From an uncultured Gemmatimonadaceae bacterium (GTDB lineage: Bacteria > Gemmatimonadota > Gemmatimonadetes > Gemmatimonadales > Gemmatimonadaceae), in the NCBI GenBank assembly GCA_963822945.1, contig CAWGJO010000020.1:416001-480000 (forward strand): a stretch of 64,000 nucleotides of DNA, in the 5' to 3' direction. The position numbers and the translations under genes are program-made. Below the pieces are notes generated by a model. The model had not been told where the DNA came from and did not search any database. It saw nothing but the letters and a program-made list of their open reading frames with translations. Positions 60,687 to 64,000 of the stretch are shown here, piece after piece (position 1 is the first letter of the stretch; each line of letters starts with the position of its first letter).

Positions 60687-63179
60687 CTACTCCGAGCGCA
60701 GTGCCTGCATGGGGTCCACCCTGGATGCCCGGCGAGCCGGAATGAAGCTGGCCACCGCGGCCACGGCGAGCAGTGCCGCGGCCACGAAGCCGTACACCAC
60801 CGGATCGCGCGCCGATTCGTTGAACAACAGCGGTTCCACCCACCGGCCGACGGCGAGGGCGATGGCCGCGCCGAGCACGACGCCGACCAGCGAGACGGTC
60901 ATCCCCTGGCGCACGATGAGGCGCAGCAGATCGTGCACCTGGGCGCCGAGCGCCACGCGGACGCCAAGTTCGTGGGTGCGCTGCGCCACGTTGTACGCGA
61001 TGACGCTGTACAGACCGACGCCGGCCAGCACGAGCGCCAGCAGACCGAACGCCATGAACATCGTGGCGCCCACCTGCCACGATTGCGTCTGGTCGCCCAG
61101 GATGTCGCTGAGCGGCGTCACGGAGACGTACGCCGCGCCCGGCATGTCGGGCTGTAATGCCTTGCGGATCGTCTCGACGGCCTTCGCGGCGTCGCCGCGC
61201 GTACGCACGAACAGTCCCCCCTGCTGCGGGGCGAACTGCGCCCACGACAGGTAGTAGAACAGTCCGGGGTCATCGCCGATCTTGTCGTTCTTGATGTTCT
61301 CGGCGATACCGACGACATACGTGCAGGGCATGGAATCGGCGCCCACTTTCACGCACTGCCCGATCGCGTCACGCCCGGGCCAGAGTTTCTTCGCCATCGC
61401 CTCGCTCACCACCATGGACTTCGGCGCGCCGGCCACGTCCTGCTCCGCGATGCCGCGGCCGCGCAGGATGCGCGTGCCCATCGTGGCGAAGTAGCCGGGG
61501 GTCACCGCGTTGAGGTCGAACTCCCCGAGCTTCTCTACGGTGTCGATCCCGGCGACGTGCAGACCGTTGGACCACATGCTCCAGAACGGTGTCGTGACCT
61601 GCATGCTCGCGTGCTCGACGCCCGGAATGGCCTTGGCGTCGGCGAGCAGCTTGAGCCGCAGCGCATGCTGGGCGGCGCTGTCGATGGTCACGCCGCGCAT
61701 ATTGAGGTCCACCTGGGCCACGCGATCGGCGTCGTAGCCCAGACGGGTGTTCTTCACGTTGGAGAGACTGCGCACGAACAGTCCGGCGCCGATGAGCAAC
61801 AGCACCGACAGGGTGCCCTGGAAGACGAGCAGTCCGGTGCGGACACGCGAGCCGTGGTAGGTTCCTTCGCGCACCCCCGACTTGAGATCCTGCGTGAGAT
61901 CGGTGCGCCCCGTCTGGAAGATCGGCGCCAGGCCGGTGAGCAACCCGGCGGCGACGGCCGTGAGGCCGGCGAAGACGAGCGTGCGAGGATCGAGGATCAC
62001 GGACGCCGACGCGCCCTTGGTGAGGAACACCGCGCGCAGCAGCGCCCCACCCCACTGCGCCACGGCCACACCGGCGATTCCGCCGAGCAGGGCCAGCGCG
62101 AAGCTCTCGGTGAGGAGCTGCGAGGCGAGGCGCATCCGGCTCACGCCGAGCGCCAGGCGCACGGCAATCTCACGGCGCCGGCGCAGGGCTCGCGCGAGAA
62201 GGAGGTTCGCGACGTTGGCGCAGGCGATGAGCCAGACGATGAGCGCCACGCCGCTGATCCAGGTCACCACCTTGGCGAGACTCGACTCGTTGGGCCCGCG
62301 GTCGGCGAGAATGGACGCGACCATGGCGTGCGGCTTCGCGAGCGCCATCGGAGTCTGACGCGGCGAGACGTCGAGCTGCGCCTGGTAGCTGCGCTTGAAT
62401 GCCTGAGTCAGATCGGCGTTCGCCTCGGCGACCGTCACCCCCGGCTTCCGTTCGGCCATCAAGCTGGCCCAGGTCCAGTGGTAGGTGTTCCACCAGGTCT
62501 CGCCCGGAATGTGGATCTGCTTCCCGATCTCCGCTCCGTAGGTCGCCGTGGGTACGTACGCCACGGGTGGCTTGTTGGCCCAGACGCCGGCGAACCCCTT
62601 GGGTGATACGCCGATCACCGTGTAGACCAGCGGCCCCATGTGCAGCGTCTTCCCGAGCACGTCGTTGCGGCCGCCATAGTGCGTCTGCCAGTAGCCATAG
62701 CTGAGCACCGTCACCGGCGCGCCGGCGGGGAAGCTGTCCTCGGCGGTGGTGAAGTAGCGCCCGATGGCGGGCGGCGCGTCGAAGAACCGGAAGAAGTCGG
62801 CGCTCACGACGCCCACCGTCATTTCGCGGGCATCGGTGCCGACGCCGATCGCGATGTCCCGGGTCGTGAACTCCGCCATGTGCGAGAACGAGGTCGTCCA
62901 CTTCCGGAGGTCGAGGTAACGGGCGTACTGGGCGCTGTTGGAGCTGAACGGCTTTCCGCGGTAGGTGGTGGTCAGATAGACGCGGTGCGTGAGGGCCGCG
63001 TCGTGGAGCATCGGCGGCGGGCGGAAGAGCAGCCGGTCGACGATGGAGAACATCGCCGAGTTGGCGCCGATGCCGAGGGCGAGGGTGACGACCACCGCGA
63101 TGGTGAAGCCCGGCTTGCTGCGCAGGCCGCGGGCGGCGTAGCGGATGTCCTGAAAGAACGCTTCGAGGAAGGCGGGCAT
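60687..63179 (-). CDS. Duplicated MacB/FtsX orphan ABC permease (ADOP-type)
   Basis: QDIRYAARGL, LALGIGAN, IACANVANLLLAR, ALRSE. Confidence 0.92.
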   Translation of the reverse strand: MPAFLEAFFQDIRYAARGLRSKPGFTIAVVVTLALGIGANSAMFSIVDRLLFRPPPMLHDAALTHRVYLTTTYRGKPFSSNSAQYARYLDLRKWTTSFSHMAEFTTRDIAIGVGTDAREMTVGVVSADFFRFFDAPPAIGRYFTTAEDSFPAGAPVTVLSYGYWQTHYGGRNDVLGKTLHMGPLVYTVIGVSPKGFAGVWANKPPVAYVPTATYGAEIGKQIHIPGETWWNTYHWTWASLMAERKPGVTVAEANADLTQAFKRSYQAQLDVSPRQTPMALAKPHAMVASILADRGPNESSLAKVVTWISGVALIVWLIACANVANLLLARALRRRREIAVRLALGVSRMRLASQLLTESFALALLGGIAGVAVAQWGGALLRAVFLTKGASASVILDPRTLVFAGLTAVAAGLLTGLAPIFQTGRTDLTQDLKSGVREGTYHGSRVRTGLLVFQGTLSVLLLIGAGLFVRSLSNVKNTRLGYDADRVAQVDLNMRGVTIDSAAQHALRLKLLADAKAIPGVEHASMQVTTPFWSMWSNGLHVAGIDTVEKLGEFDLNAVTPGYFATMGTRILRGRGIAEQDVAGAPKSMVVSEAMAKKLWPGRDAIGQCVKVGADSMPCTYVVGIAENIKNDKIGDDPGLFYYLSWAQFAPQQGGLFVRTRGDAAKAVETIRKALQPDMPGAAYVSVTPLSDILGDQTQSWQVGATMFMAFGLLALVLAGVGLYSVIAYNVAQRTHELGVRVALGAQVHDLLRLIVRQGMTVSLVGVVLGAAIALAVGRWVEPLLFNESARDPVVYGFVAAALLAVAAVASFIPARRASRVDPMQALRSE

Positions 63180-63187
63180 GGCGGGGA

Positions 63188-63250
63188 CGGTAGGTCGGTA
63201 GGTCGGTAGGTCGGTAGGTCGGTAGGTCGGTAGGTCGGTAGGTCGGTAGA
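63188..63250. repeat. Perfect (CGGTAGGT)x7 octamer tract in the permease 5' leader
   Basis: Seven exact units plus cggtaga; 8 nt from the ATG at 63179. Confidence 0.92.
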
Positions 63251-63313
63251 CCGAACGGTGGGAAGGGCCCCGATGTTTCGGTTGGACACCTCGACTGGTC
63301 GAACGGTTGCGGT

Positions 63314-64000
63314 CTACTCGGCCCGCAACGCGATTACAGGATCCACTCGGGGGGCCCGCCGGGCGGGTAGGTAGCTGGCTGCGCCGGCGACCACCAGCAG
63401 CCCCACCGGGATGGCTACGAACACCGCCGGATCCGTAGGCGAGATGCCGTAGAGAAGTCCGGCCAGCAACCGCGCACCGGCCAGCGCGCCCGCCAAGCCG
63501 ATTGTCGTCCCGCCAAGTGCCAGCCGCAGCCCGCCGCCGGTGATGAGCTTCGACACGTCGCCGGCGCAAGCACCCAGCGCGATGCGCACACCGATTTCCC
63601 GCATACGCTGGCTCACACCGTATGCGATGGTGCCGTAGAGTCCGATGGCAGCCAGCAGCAGCGCAAGTGCGGCAAACGAGCCCACGAGCGCTGTGGCGAA
63701 ACGCGGAATGGCGAGCGCCCCATCGACGATCTCCGACTCGGTGTTGGCGGAGAGAATCGGAACCAGCGGATCGACAGACCGCAGCACGCTCTTGACCGTC
63801 GCGAGCGCAACGCGTTCGTTGGTGTTTGGCGACACACGAACAAAGAGCCCCGACATCCTGCTGACGTTGTCGGCCCGGGTCGGCTGGTATTCCTGCAGCG
63901 GGGGTGCTCCGCCCAAGGCAACGAGCCCGACATCGCTCACCACTCCCTTGACCGTAATCCACGGGCCGAACCAGGGTGCGTTCACCCGACGGAACCGCTT
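63314..64000 (-). CDS. ADOP-type ABC permease, C-terminal part (truncated by window)
   Basis: AAIGLYG, QRMREIGVRIALGA, YLPARRA, ALRAE. Confidence 0.88.
   Translation of the reverse strand, partial: KRFRRVNAPWFGPWITVKGVVSDVGLVALGGAPPLQEYQPTRADNVSRMSGLFVRVSPNTNERVALATVKSVLRSVDPLVPILSANTESEIVDGALAIPRFATALVGSFAALALLLAAIGLYGTIAYGVSQRMREIGVRIALGACAGDVSKLITGGGLRLALGGTTIGLAGALAGARLLAGLLYGISPTDPAVFVAIPVGLLVVAGAASYLPARRAPRVDPVIALRAE

Noticed and set aside
63188..63250. Possible CRISPR array
   Set aside because: 8-nt units with no spacers; no cas genes
63180..63962. Extension fusing two permeases into a 1091-aa ORF
   Set aside because: Overlaps the upstream permease out of frame and runs through the octamer tract

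Overview
High-GC bacterial chromosomal segment with about 52 genes. Gene content (duplicated orphan MacB-type permeases, many secreted peptidases, RGG-rich inserts) suggests Gemmatimonadota or a relative; this is inference. Main loci: fadN/fadA beta-oxidation pair; four-gene minor type IV pilin cassette; M28-HDAC-hydrolase-hypothetical-nth cluster; ECF sigma/anti-sigma/Spy-like/TolC/MacA/MacB cluster with no ATPase; PadR; kup; DPP-IV; imuA-imuB-dnaE2 mutasome; a lipoprotein/NtrY-like kinase/sigma54 activator/TPR lipoprotein module with visible enhancer palindromes and a -24/-12 promoter; an IorAB-type molybdoenzyme; three ADOP-type permeases. No rRNA, tRNA, CRISPR or transposase was recognised. 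The most unusual signal is a dispersed family of 7-9 nt tandem repeats. They form hairpins between convergent genes, fill a 5' leader, and have invaded the 3' end of imuB, leaving its conserved WFLHGWWD terminus out of frame. Five genes carry small frameshifts, so long-read indel errors are likely and any phase-variation reading needs read-level checking.
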